Numbered from the stretch's first letter, positions 9,822-19,098 are shown. The stretch: 61,176 nucleotides of DNA from Pseudomonadota bacterium (GCA_021325135.1 JAJPHT010000010.1:1-61176), one strand, 5' to 3'. Translations and numbers: made by a program. The notes: generated by a model from the sequence alone, not told the origin.

Positions 9822-10781
9822 ATGCTCCCCGTGGGCGGCATCCACCACGTCACGTGCATCGCGGGCGATCCGCAGGAGAACCTCGACTTCTACGCGGGCC
9901 TCCTGGGCATGCGCCTCGTGAAGCGCAGCGTGAACCAGGACGACCCCGGGACGTACCACCTCTTCTACGCCGACGCGGAGGGGCACCCGGGCAGCGACCT
10001 CACGTTCTTCCCGTGGCCCGACATGGGGCCGGGCCGCAACGGCACGGGCATCACCAACGAGGTCGCCCTTGCGATCCCCCAGGGCAGCGCTGCCTGGTGG
10101 CGCGACCGCCTCGCCAAGGAGGGCCTGCGCGTCCGCGAGGAGACGCGCTTCGGCGAGGAGACGCTCGCCTTCGAGGACTTCCACGGCTTGCGCCTCGCCC
10201 TCACCACCTCGCCCCGCGCCCAGGAGCGGACGTTCACGCCGTGGGCCCGCAGCGCGGTCCCCGCGGTCCACCAGATCCGCGGCCTCCACGCCGTGCGCGC
10301 CGTCGAGATCGCCGCCGACCCCACCAAGGCGCTCGCGGAGCGGGTCCTGGGCATGCGCCTCGTGGGGAGCGAGGAGGGGTGGGACCGCTACGCGGGCGCC
10401 GACCCGGCCTCCGGCCACCTCGACGTGTGCTCGAAGCCCAGCCTCCCGCGCGGCGAGTGGGGCGTCGGCAAGGTGCACCACGTCGCGTGGCGCGTGAAGG
10501 ACGACGCGCAGCAGCGCGATCTCCAGGGCGCCGTGCGAAGCGCGGGCCTCGGCGCGACGCAGGTCATCGACCGCTTCTGGTTCCACTCCGTCTACTTCCG
10601 CGAGCCCGGCGGCATCCTCTTCGAGCTGGCCACCGACGGCCCGGGCTTCGGCGTGGACGAGCCGCTGGACGCGCTGGGCGAGCGCCTTGTCCTGCCCCCG
10701 TGGCTGGAGCCGCGCCGCCCGCAGATCGAGGAGCGGCTCAGCCCGCTGCGGCTCCCCCGCGCCCCCGAGGCCCGGCCGTGA
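9822..10781 (+). CDS. Ring-cleaving dioxygenase/glyoxalase (MhqO/MhqA-like VOC protein)
   Basis: GIHHVT, LVKRSVNQDDPGTYHLFY, VHHVAW, DRFWFHSVYFREPGGILFELATDGPGF. Confidence 0.92.
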   Translation: MLPVGGIHHVTCIAGDPQENLDFYAGLLGMRLVKRSVNQDDPGTYHLFYADAEGHPGSDLTFFPWPDMGPGRNGTGITNEVALAIPQGSAAWWRDRLAKEGLRVREETRFGEETLAFEDFHGLRLALTTSPRAQERTFTPWARSAVPAVHQIRGLHAVRAVEIAADPTKALAERVLGMRLVGSEEGWDRYAGADPASGHLDVCSKPSLPRGEWGVGKVHHVAWRVKDDAQQRDLQGAVRSAGLGATQVIDRFWFHSVYFREPGGILFELATDGPGFGVDEPLDALGERLVLPPWLEPRRPQIEERLSPLRLPRAPEARP

Positions 10782-11395
10782 GCCCGGCGGACCACGTCCA
10801 CGTCTGGCAGCCCGGGGCGCCCGGCGCCGCGCGCACGCTGCTCCTCCTCCACGGCACCGGGGGAGACGAGCGCGACCTCCTGCCCCTCGCGGGCGTGCTG
10901 GACCCCGGCGCCAACGTGCTGAGCCCCCGCGGCAACGTGCTGGAGAACGGCGCGCCGCGCTTCTTCCGCCGCCACGCGCCCGGCGTGCTGGACCTGGACG
11001 ACCTCGCCCGGCGCACCCGGGACCTCGCCGCCTTCGTGCGCGACGCCTCGCGCCGCCACGGCTTCCCCCTGGAGGGCGTCACCGCGGTGGGGTTCTCCAA
11101 CGGCGCCAACGTCGCCGCGAGCCTCCTCTTCGAGGAGCCCGACGTGCTGCGGGACGCGATCCTCATCCGCGCCATGCTCCCCTACCGCCCCAAGGAGCCG
11201 CCCCGCGTCGCGGGCAAGCGCGTGCTGCTCCTGGCGGGCGAGCGCGACCCGTACTCGCGCCGCGACGTCACCGAGGAATTGGCCTCCATCCTGCGCAGCG
11301 GCGGCGCACAGGTCGAGACGCATTATGCTCCCGCCGGGCACGAGCTTGTCCGGGAGGACGTGGACGAGGCGCGGCGGTGGATGCAGCGCGGGTGA
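10778..11395 (+). CDS. Alpha/beta hydrolase, phospholipase/carboxylesterase (MhqD-like)
   Basis: LLHGTGGDE, PRFFRR, GFSNGAN nucleophile elbow, GH catalytic His. Confidence 0.9.
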   Translation: MSPADHVHVWQPGAPGAARTLLLLHGTGGDERDLLPLAGVLDPGANVLSPRGNVLENGAPRFFRRHAPGVLDLDDLARRTRDLAAFVRDASRRHGFPLEGVTAVGFSNGANVAASLLFEEPDVLRDAILIRAMLPYRPKEPPRVAGKRVLLLAGERDPYSRRDVTEELASILRSGGAQVETHYAPAGHELVREDVDEARRWMQRG

Positions 11396-11506
11396 GGCCC
11401 CTTCGCGGGAAGGCCCCGGCGCGTCGCTACTTCACGGTTCTGGGTCTGTCAGGTCGCGGCCCACCAGGAGCGACAGCGCCAAGCATGGCCGGCGCGAGTC
11501 CTCCGC

Positions 11507-12136
11507 ATGGACCCCGCCGCGCGCGCCGTGTGGGCTCTCGTCTTCGGCGACGCGCTCGCGTTCTTCGTGCCCTTCGCCATCCTGCGCCTGCGTCCCGTGA
11601 GGCTGAAGCCCATCGCGACGTTGGTCCTCGCCGTCGCCGCGGCGGCCGTCATGCTCTACGCCATGGCGAAGGCGGCCAGCCTTCCGAGCGATTCCCTCGC
11701 CCTCCTCGTCGCGCTCGGGCTCCTTCCCCTCGGCGTCGCGGCCGGCGCGCGAGAAGGGTGGCGCTTCGTCGCGCCCGTGGGCGGCGCGCTGGGGCTCGTC
11801 GTGCTCGCGCTCATGGCGTGGGGCCCCCTGCACCCGCCGGTCTTCCTGCCCCGCTTCCCTCCGCTGGCTCCGCTCCCGCCCCGCGCGTGGGCGACGCTCC
11901 TGGCGGGAACGCTGGCCCTCCTCGCGCCGTGGCGCTGGGCAAGCGCGCTTGCGACGGCGCTCCTGTGGCTCGCGCTTGTCGTGGCGGGCATGCACGACGC
12001 CCAGACGAGCGAGCTGTTGCGCGCCTACTACATGGCCGGGCCGGCGTTCCTCGCGCTCGCCGCCCTGCTCTCCGCCGCGGTCCCCCTCCGGGAGCGGGCG
12101 GCGCGCTCTCCGCCCGGGATGGCGTCTTCGCCTTGA
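11507..12136 (+). CDS. Hypothetical multi-pass membrane protein
   Basis: About 7 hydrophobic segments. Confidence 0.6.
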   Translation: MDPAARAVWALVFGDALAFFVPFAILRLRPVRLKPIATLVLAVAAAAVMLYAMAKAASLPSDSLALLVALGLLPLGVAAGAREGWRFVAPVGGALGLVVLALMAWGPLHPPVFLPRFPPLAPLPPRAWATLLAGTLALLAPWRWASALATALLWLALVVAGMHDAQTSELLRAYYMAGPAFLALAALLSAAVPLRERAARSPPGMASSP

Positions 12137-12164
12137 GGGTCGGCGCCCCACACCCCCAACACGC

Positions 12165-12171
12165 TTTTATA
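12165..12171 (+). promoter_or_regulatory. TATA box of rpl7ae operon
   Basis: TTTTATA in a GC-rich context, ~26 nt before the structured leader. Confidence 0.7.
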
Positions 12172-12196
12172 GGGGTCCTCCATTGCAGCGCCATTC

Positions 12197-12258
12197 GCAG
12201 CCTGTGACGCCCCGCGTCCCCCCGGGATTCCCGGCCAGGACGAGGGCGGAGGTGTTGC
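12197..12258 (+). promoter_or_regulatory. Kink-turn in rpl7ae 5' UTR (L7Ae autoregulatory element)
   Basis: CC-UGU-GA-CGCCC (12201-12212) pairs with GGGCG-GA-GG (12244-12252): 3-nt bulge ending in U and tandem sheared G.A pairs. Confidence 0.75.
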
Positions 12259-12309
12259 TCCGGCAACCTTCCTGGCGTCCGCCCCGTTGCGATCGAAGGT
12301 GAAGACACC

Positions 12310-12675
12310 ATGGCGATGTACGTCCGATTCGAAGCTCCCAAGGAACTCCAGGACAAGGCCTACGAGGCCGTCGAGGCCGCCCGCGACTCCGGCGCCGTCA
12401 AGAAGGGCACCAACGAGGTCACGAAGCTCATCGAGCGCGGCCAGGCCAAGCTCATCGTGATGGCCCAGGACATCCAGCCCGAGGAGGTCCTCGCGCACAT
12501 CCCCCTCCTCTGCGAGGAGAAGGGCATCCCCTACACCTACGTCCCCTCCAAGGCGGAGCTGGGCACGGCGGCGGGCCTTGAGGTGCCCACCGCCAGCGTG
12601 GCGATCGTGGACGCGGGCCGCGGCCAGCAGATCATCGGCGAGATCGCCGAGGCCGTCGCCGCCCTGCGCAAGTAA
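12310..12675 (+). CDS. rpl7ae: 50S ribosomal protein L7Ae
   Basis: [40 protein letters not shown]. Confidence 0.97.
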   Translation: MAMYVRFEAPKELQDKAYEAVEAARDSGAVKKGTNEVTKLIERGQAKLIVMAQDIQPEEVLAHIPLLCEEKGIPYTYVPSKAELGTAAGLEVPTASVAIVDAGRGQQIIGEIAEAVAALRK

Positions 12676-12697
12676 GCTCATGTCCTGGTGATATCAC

Positions 12698-12919
12698 ATG
12701 GCTGAAGAAGACAACGAGCAGGGCATCCCCGCCGAGGTCGTCGAGATCATCGGCCGCACGGGGATGACCGGCGAGGCCACGCAGGTGAAGGTCCGCGTCC
12801 TGGACGGGCGCGACAAGGGCCGCATCATCACGCGCAACGCCATGGGCCCCATCCAGATGGGGGACATCCTCATGCTGCGCGAGACGGCGCGCGAGGCGAA
12901 GAAGCTCGGGATGCGGTGA
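12698..12919 (+). CDS. rps28e: 30S ribosomal protein S28e
   Basis: [25 protein letters not shown]...GRIITRN..GP...[13 protein letters not shown]. Confidence 0.97.
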   Translation: MAEEDNEQGIPAEVVEIIGRTGMTGEATQVKVRVLDGRDKGRIITRNAMGPIQMGDILMLRETAREAKKLGMR

Positions 12920-12924
12920 GCCCC

Positions 12925-13173
12925 ATGGTCGACCGCCACGTCTGCAGCTTCTGCGGCGCCGACATCGAGCCCGGCACCGGCAAGCTCTACATCAAGAAGG
13001 ACGGCACGAAGTACAACTTCTGCTCCAACAAGTGCCAGAAGAACCAGATCGGCCTAAAACGTGTCAACCGCAACGTCAAGTGGACCGGCGCCTTCGAGAA
13101 GGGCGCGGGCCCCACGCCGCCCAACCCGGCGAAGAAGGCGAAGAAGGCCGCCGCGCCCGCCAAGGAGCAGTAG
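12925..13173 (+). CDS. rpl24e: 50S ribosomal protein L24e
   Basis: CSFCG.DIEPGTG.LYIKKDG...FCSNKC...VKWT; alternative GTG start 12916. Confidence 0.96.
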   Translation: MVDRHVCSFCGADIEPGTGKLYIKKDGTKYNFCSNKCQKNQIGLKRVNRNVKWTGAFEKGAGPTPPNPAKKAKKAAAPAKEQ

Positions 13174-13176
13174 GGC

Positions 13177-13632
13177 ATGTCCGCGGAGCGCACGTTCGCC
13201 ATGGTCAAGCCCGACGGGGTCCAGCGCGGCCTCGTGGGCGAGATCGTGCGGCGCTACGAGGCGCGCGGCCTCAAGGTCGTGGGCCTGAAGCTCATGCACG
13301 TGCCCCGCTCCCTGGCGGAGGCGCACTACGCCGAGCACAAGGGCAAGCCGTTCTACAACGGCCTCGTGGACTACATCGTGAGCGGCCCCGTCGTCGCGCT
13401 CTGCCTCGAAGGCAAGAACGCGGTGGCGGTCGTCCGCGCGATGAACGGCGCCACGAAGCCCTGGGACGCGACGCCCGGCACCATCCGCGGCGACCTCGCC
13501 CTGGACATCGGCCGCAACGTCGTCCACGGCTCCGACAGCGTCGAGTCGGCCAAGCGCGAGCTTGACATCTACTTCTCGAAGGACGAGATCGTCGACTGGA
13601 CGCCCGTCGCCCACAAGTGGGTCACCGAGTAA
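13177..13632 (+). CDS. ndk: Nucleoside diphosphate kinase
   Basis: [32 protein letters not shown]. Confidence 0.97.
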   Translation: MSAERTFAMVKPDGVQRGLVGEIVRRYEARGLKVVGLKLMHVPRSLAEAHYAEHKGKPFYNGLVDYIVSGPVVALCLEGKNAVAVVRAMNGATKPWDATPGTIRGDLALDIGRNVVHGSDSVESAKRELDIYFSKDEIVDWTPVAHKWVTE

Positions 13633-13641
13633 GCCGCCCTG

Positions 13642-13665
13642 GGGCCCCCGGCCCCTCTTTTTTCT
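13642..13665 (+). terminator. Putative terminator after ndk
   Basis: GGGGCC-ccc-GGCCCC hairpin then TCTTTTTTCT. Confidence 0.55.
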
Positions 13666-13732
13666 CCACCTTGACGCGTCCAGCCTCGGCTTTCCGAGAC
13701 GGTTTTATCCCCCCGGCGCGCAGGGAGCCCCC

Positions 13733-14494
13733 ATGGCCCAGGAGACGCTGGCCCTGGCGGGCGCCGTCGCGGTAACGGGCGGGCTCTCCTACGGCTACGT
13801 CGCGCTGCGCCTGGGCCGGCGCACGGGCCTCGCGGGGGACGACTCGCGGGCCATGCGCTGCTTCGCCCTCTGGTGGAGCGCGCTTGGGCTGAACCTCCTC
13901 CTCGTGGGGCCCCTCTACTGGATCGCCAGCGTCGGCGCGCTCACGCTGCCGGTGCAGCTGGCAAGCTCGGTCCTCCAGCGGCTCCTCCTGGCCGTCTCGC
14001 TGGTGGGGCTCATGGCGTACCTGCTGTACCTGCTCACGGGCCGCGCGAGGATCGGCGTCCTGGCGACGATCTACGCCGCCTACGTCGCGCTCCTCCTGAC
14101 GTCGCTGGTGGAGCAGCAGCCCACCGGCGTCCAAGTGCTCGCGTGGCGCACCGACCTCGCCTACGCGCGGAGGGCGCCGCTGTGGAGCGAGGCGTTGAGC
14201 TTCCTCCTCATCGTCCTGCCGCCCGTCGCCTCCAGCGTCGCGTACCTGCGGCTGCTCCCGCGCATGGGCGACCGCACGCAGCGCTATCGCACGGCCCTCG
14301 TCTCCGCCTCGCTCCTGGTCTGGTGGGTCGTCGCGGTGGTCGCGGGGCAGCCCGGCCTCCTGGACAACGGCCCCCTGCAGATCGCGGCGCGGCTCCTCAG
14401 CATCGCGTCGGCCCTCGCCGTGCTTTCCGCCTTCATGCCCCCCGCGTGGGTGCGGCGCCGCCTCGGCGTCGAGGCCTATCCCGGGCTGGCGTGA
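13733..14494 (+). CDS. 7-TM-like membrane protein, unknown function
   Basis: MAQETLALAG..., about seven hydrophobic helices; TTTTATCC box ~30 nt upstream. Confidence 0.75.
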   Translation: MAQETLALAGAVAVTGGLSYGYVALRLGRRTGLAGDDSRAMRCFALWWSALGLNLLLVGPLYWIASVGALTLPVQLASSVLQRLLLAVSLVGLMAYLLYLLTGRARIGVLATIYAAYVALLLTSLVEQQPTGVQVLAWRTDLAYARRAPLWSEALSFLLIVLPPVASSVAYLRLLPRMGDRTQRYRTALVSASLLVWWVVAVVAGQPGLLDNGPLQIAARLLSIASALAVLSAFMPPAWVRRRLGVEAYPGLA

Positions 14495-14656
14495 AGGGTG
14501 TGCCCTCCGCACGGAACCCGATCTCATCTTAGATACGGTCAACCGGGGCCAGTCGGCGGAGGGGGATGGCGCATCGGGGCTTCCAGCATTTGAGCCCTCC
14601 TGCCACGCGACACCTTTGCCAAGGGCTAAGAGCACCCTCCCTCCGGCGGGAGAGGG

Positions 14657-15586
14657 ATGATCGAGGCGGACGGCGTGGGCAAGACCTACGGGAAGCACGT
14701 CGCCCTCAAGGGCCTCACCCTCAAGGTGGAGGCCGGCGAGGTGTTCGGCCTGCTGGGGCCCAACGGCGCCGGCAAGAGCACGCTCACCAAGATCTTCTGC
14801 GGCCTGCTCACGCCCACCGAGGGGCGCGCCTCCGTCGCGGGCCACGACGTCACGCGCCACGCCGGCGCCGCGAAGCGCACCATCGGCTACCTGCCGGACC
14901 GCGTGCCGGTCTACCGCTCCATGACGGCGCGCGAGACGCTCCACCTCTTCGCGCGCCTCCAGGGCATCCCGCGCGCGGAGCGCGAGGCGCGCGTCGAGGC
15001 GATGCTGGACCTCGTGAACCTCAAGGACGTGGACCGCCGCCCCGTGGGCGGCTTCAGCAAGGGCATGACGCAGCGCCTCGGCATCGCGCGCGCCCTGCTG
15101 CACGACCCCAAGGTCCTCTTCTTCGACGAGCCCGCCAGCGGCCTCGATCCCACCGGGCGGCGCGAGATCCGCGCGCTCATCCAGGGCCTCGCCGCGGAAG
15201 GCCGCACGGTGTTCCTCTGCAGCCACGACCTCGCCGAGGTGCAGGCCGTCTGCCACCGCATCGCGTTCCTCCGCAAGGGGGAGCTGGTCCGCGTCATGGC
15301 CGTGGGCGAGGCGGGCGGCCAGGAGCGCGAGTTCCGCGTCGACCTCGCCGAGATGGCCCCCGGCGTGGCGGACGCGCTGCGCGCGCTTCCCGGCGTCGCG
15401 CGCGTCGAGCCCGACGGCCTCTCGCTCCTCGTGCGCGCCTCGGACGCGGTGGACCGCGCGATCCTCGCCCGCGCCGTCGTGCGCGCCGGGGGCCTGCACC
15501 TGGACGTGCGCGAGGTGGCGCCCAGCCTCGACTCCCTCTACCGCGCCTACATCGAGCACGGCGAGACGCCGGAGGCGAGCGCGTGA
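14657..15586 (+). CDS. ABC transporter ATP-binding protein
   Basis: GPNGAGKST, FSKGM, FFDEPASGLD, CSH switch. Confidence 0.93.
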   Translation: MIEADGVGKTYGKHVALKGLTLKVEAGEVFGLLGPNGAGKSTLTKIFCGLLTPTEGRASVAGHDVTRHAGAAKRTIGYLPDRVPVYRSMTARETLHLFARLQGIPRAEREARVEAMLDLVNLKDVDRRPVGGFSKGMTQRLGIARALLHDPKVLFFDEPASGLDPTGRREIRALIQGLAAEGRTVFLCSHDLAEVQAVCHRIAFLRKGELVRVMAVGEAGGQEREFRVDLAEMAPGVADALRALPGVARVEPDGLSLLVRASDAVDRAILARAVVRAGGLHLDVREVAPSLDSLYRAYIEHGETPEASA

Positions 15587-16359
15587 GGGTCCTCCTCAGC
15601 CTCCTGCGCAAGGAGCTGGCCGAGATGGTGCGCGAGAAGAGGCTCCCCGCCTTCGCCCTCATCTACACCGCGCTCTCGGGCGTCATCACGTACTTCGTCA
15701 TCGCGGACGCGCGCCGCAACGACGCCGCGCCGCCCAACGCCGTCGCCATCGCGCTGCCCCTCTTCTTCCTCAACGTGCTGGGCCTCGTGCTCCTCGCGGG
15801 CACGTTCGTCCTCGACGCCGTGGGGCGCGAGCGCGACGCGGGCATGCTGGGCGTCCTCCTCACGACGCCCGCCTCCAACTCGTCCGTCCTGGCCGCGAAG
15901 GCCGCGGCGGCCCTGTTCGCGTACCTCGTGGCGGCGATCCTCGGCCTCGCCTCCGCCGCGATCCTGGGCCTCGCGCTGGGGAACGTCGTGCCGCAGGCCG
16001 TCCTCCTGGGGTTCGCGGGGCCGCTCCTCGTCCTGTACGTCTTCCTGCTGGGGACCGGGCTCCTGCTCTCCGTCACGGCGTCCAGCGCGCGCCTCGCCAT
16101 CGCCCTGGGCATGGGCGTCTACCTGCCGCTCTTCCTCATGGGCGCCACACCCCTCTTCGCGTCGCTCCTCGCCGCCGCGCCCGCGGTCGACCGCGTCGTG
16201 CAGTACACGCCCTTCGCCGCGGCCAACAAGGGGGTCAACAGCATCCTCTCCGGCGCCGCGGTGCCGTGGGCCGAGTACGCGGTCACGCTGGGCCTCGGGC
16301 TCGGGTGCCTCGCGCTTGCGTTCGTCGTCTTCGCCCGCCAGGAGGGCGCCAAGGCATGA
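15583..16359 (+). CDS. ABC-2 family permease
   Basis: LLRKEL.E N-terminus, GRERDAGML..LLTTP....VLAAK, about 6 TM; GTG overlaps ATPase stop. Confidence 0.85.
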   Translation: MRVLLSLLRKELAEMVREKRLPAFALIYTALSGVITYFVIADARRNDAAPPNAVAIALPLFFLNVLGLVLLAGTFVLDAVGRERDAGMLGVLLTTPASNSSVLAAKAAAALFAYLVAAILGLASAAILGLALGNVVPQAVLLGFAGPLLVLYVFLLGTGLLLSVTASSARLAIALGMGVYLPLFLMGATPLFASLLAAAPAVDRVVQYTPFAAANKGVNSILSGAAVPWAEYAVTLGLGLGCLALAFVVFARQEGAKA

Positions 16360-18134
16360 GGCTCCTCCCCCTCGTCCTCCTGGCGGCGCTCGCGGCCCCC
16401 GCGCTCGCCTCCGCGCAGGCGCCCTCCGTCGCGCCTACCGGCGGCCTCGTCGACCCCAAGACGCTGCGCACCGAGCCCTACGTCGACTTCCCGCGCAGCA
16501 GCGACGACGCCTTCCACGGCCAGCGCCCCCTCGTGGGCGGCTCCACCAACGAGGTCTCCTTCCTCGTGGGGAACCCCACCGCGGCGCCCGTCGCGGCGCG
16601 CCTGCGCGTCGACGTCTTCGCCAACCAGCCGCAGGGCGGCGGGCAACAGCAGCAGCCCCCGCCCGCGCTGGAGGAGGACCTCGCGCTGCCGCCGCGCAGC
16701 GAGACGCCCGTCTTCCTCAACCTCACGCCCGACGCCGCGGCAGGCGGCGTGCAGGTGGGCGTCGATCTCCAGGGGACGGGCCCCACGTGGAGCGGCCGCG
16801 CGAACGGGGGCAACTCCTACGCCGTGCAGCCCCCCGTCTCGGTGCGCTTCTCCTCGCCGGCTCCGCTGGAGGGCCTCGCGCCGGTGGACCAGCTCTTCGG
16901 CGGGGGCGGCGGCTGGAGCGGGCCCCTGGCGTTCGCCCCCGCGACGCAGCCCGTCCGCTTCCAGGCCCTCGCGCAGAACCTGGGCCCCGCGGCCGTCTCG
17001 TTCCGCCTGCGCCTCGCATCGGAGCAGGGCAACGGCCAGCAGGCGCCCGACGTCTCCGTCGCGTCGCTCCAGCCCGGCGAGACGCGCGCCATCGACCTGG
17101 GCACGATCGACCCCTCGAAGCTCGACCCGGAGATGCTGCGCAACCGGGGCACGCGCGAGTTCCCGTTCAGCATCCAGATGCCGCGCGCCGACGACAAGCC
17201 GGGCGACTTCGCGCCCACCGCGGCCGCGTTCCGCCTCGTGGAGGGCCGGCCCGTGGACCTCGCGCCCGCGTCCCTGGCCGTGGGCTTCCGGCACGCGTTC
17301 GCGGCTGACGCCTTCGCCCCCGCCACCGCGACGCTGGGGCGGCCCTTCCACGTCGAGGTCCGCGCGCGCAACGACGGCAGCGCGGACGAGGCCAGCAACC
17401 CCGTCGTCGTGACGCTCGACCCGCCCTACAACGCGGAGTACAGCGTCCAGGGCGCGCGCGAGGAGCGCTTCGTCGTGAGCCTCGCGCCCGGCCAGGAGTC
17501 GCGCGCCTCGCTGGACTTCACGCCGCGCGTCGCGGGCCGCTGGTCCCTTGTCGTGCAGTGGTCCAGCGCCGACGGGCCCAACGACCAGGCCACGAGCCTC
17601 TTCCACGTGGACGTGCCCACCGACGTCGCGGTGCAGGTGCGCCAGGACGGCCCCGCCAGGCTCGACCTGGGCGGCGGCACGCGGGCTCCGGTGAGCGTCA
17701 CCGCGCTGCGCGACATGCGCGACGCCACGCTGCGCCTCGCCACCGGCAGCCGCCTCAGCGTCAACGGGGGCGGCGACGGGCCGCAGCTCGCCGTCCGGGG
17801 CCTCGCCGCGCAGGTGGTCCAGGCCTCGCCCGACGTCCTGCCCCTGGGCGACCTCAGGGCGGGCGAGACGCGCTGGCTCAACGTCACGGTGCAGAGCCGC
17901 GGCACGGGCGACTTCAACGTCGTCCCCTACGTCGAGGCCGACGGCTTCGCCTACACCGGCCTTCCGCCGGACTCGCCCCAGCCGGGAGCCGCCGCCACCG
18001 CGCAGCCCGCCTCCGCGCTGGAGGTCGTCGTCGCGGCCCGCGCCACGCCGGCGCCCCTCGCGTTCGCGCCCCTGGCCGTCGTGGCCCTCGCCGCGCTGGC
18101 GTTCCACCTCGCGCGCAGGAAGGTCGTGCGCTAA
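16356..18134 (+). CDS. Large secreted or surface protein with Ig/CARDB-like beta domains and C-terminal membrane anchor
   Basis: Signal peptide MRLLPLVLLAALAAPALA; repeated V.N.G...L.PG.T/S motifs; C-terminal TM plus RRKVVR. Confidence 0.75.
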   Translation: MRLLPLVLLAALAAPALASAQAPSVAPTGGLVDPKTLRTEPYVDFPRSSDDAFHGQRPLVGGSTNEVSFLVGNPTAAPVAARLRVDVFANQPQGGGQQQQPPPALEEDLALPPRSETPVFLNLTPDAAAGGVQVGVDLQGTGPTWSGRANGGNSYAVQPPVSVRFSSPAPLEGLAPVDQLFGGGGGWSGPLAFAPATQPVRFQALAQNLGPAAVSFRLRLASEQGNGQQAPDVSVASLQPGETRAIDLGTIDPSKLDPEMLRNRGTREFPFSIQMPRADDKPGDFAPTAAAFRLVEGRPVDLAPASLAVGFRHAFAADAFAPATATLGRPFHVEVRARNDGSADEASNPVVVTLDPPYNAEYSVQGAREERFVVSLAPGQESRASLDFTPRVAGRWSLVVQWSSADGPNDQATSLFHVDVPTDVAVQVRQDGPARLDLGGGTRAPVSVTALRDMRDATLRLATGSRLSVNGGGDGPQLAVRGLAAQVVQASPDVLPLGDLRAGETRWLNVTVQSRGTGDFNVVPYVEADGFAYTGLPPDSPQPGAAATAQPASALEVVVAARATPAPLAFAPLAVVALAALAFHLARRKVVR

Positions 18135-18174
18135 GCTGGGCATCGTCCACGCCGCGCCGCAGCGCAGCGAAAAG

Positions 18175-18262
18175 GGGGGTTTCAGGGGGGCTCGCCCCCC
18201 TGAGGCCTCGTCTCCTGATCAACCGATCAAAACGTCAGGGGGCTTTGCCTCCTGAAACCCCC
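18175..18262. repeat. REP/REPIN-like inverted repeat pair
   Basis: GGGGGTTTCAGGGGGGCTCGCCCCCCTGA ... TCAGGGGGCTTTGCCTCCTGAAACCCCC; arms are near reverse complements, each with an internal hairpin. Confidence 0.65.
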
Positions 18263-19098
18263 ATGCCGAACGCCCGCGCGCCGTTCTCCCAGAGGATGCG
18301 CCCCTTGGCGGCGTCCGCGAGGGGGAGCGATAGCAATTGCTCGACGTTGGCGCGCAGGCTCTTGACGCCCATGCTGGGCCAGTCGCTGCCCCAGACGACC
18401 TTGTGGTCGATCTCGGGCAGGCGCGGCAGGACCTCCAGCAGGCGCGCGGGCGGGATGCCGCTCACCTCCAGGAGGAGGTTGGCGTGGCGGCGCGCGAGGA
18501 AGAACGCCGTCTCGTACCACAGGGGGCGCCCCGCGTGGGCGAGGAGGATCGTGAGGCCCGGGAAGTCCACCGCCACGTCGTCCACGAACATCGGGTCCGT
18601 GAAGCGGTTCTTGGCGCCGGGGAAGACGCTGGTGCCGGTGTGGATCGTGACGGGGACGCGCCGCTCCTGCGCGATCTCGTAGAGGGGGCGCAGCCGCTCG
18701 TCGTTGGGGTAGAGGAGCATGTGCGCGGGGTGGACCTTGAACGCGCGCACGCCCAGCCCCAGGAGGCGCTCGGCCTCGGCGCGCACGTCGGGCGTCGCGT
18801 CGGGGTGCACGCCACCCATGGGGATCAGCCGGGGGCGGCCCCGCGCGAAGGCGGCGACGGCGTCGTTGCTGTCGGGGCGATAGCCCATGACGCGCGGCGA
18901 GACGTAGCTGATGAGCGCCGCCGCGTCGATGCCCTCCTCGTCAAGGTGGGCGAGGAAGGCCTCCGGGGAGCGCTCGAAGCCGCGGATGCGCTCCACGTCG
19001 CGGCGGCCCGACTCGAACGTCGCCTTCACCGCCGGCAGCATCTGCGCCGAGGGCTGGAGGTGCACGTGGGCGTCGAGGACGCGGTGGCCTTCGATCAC
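18235..19098 (-). CDS. Amidohydrolase_2 family metal-dependent hydrolase
   Basis: DAHVH, FKVHP, IHTG, LAHAG, WGSDWP; start could be 19149. Confidence 0.9.
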   Translation of the reverse strand: MIEGHRVLDAHVHLQPSAQMLPAVKATFESGRRDVERIRGFERSPEAFLAHLDEEGIDAAALISYVSPRVMGYRPDSNDAVAAFARGRPRLIPMGGVHPDATPDVRAEAERLLGLGVRAFKVHPAHMLLYPNDERLRPLYEIAQERRVPVTIHTGTSVFPGAKNRFTDPMFVDDVAVDFPGLTILLAHAGRPLWYETAFFLARRHANLLLEVSGIPPARLLEVLPRLPEIDHKVVWGSDWPSMGVKSLRANVEQLLSLPLADAAKGRILWENGARAFGMGVSGGKAP

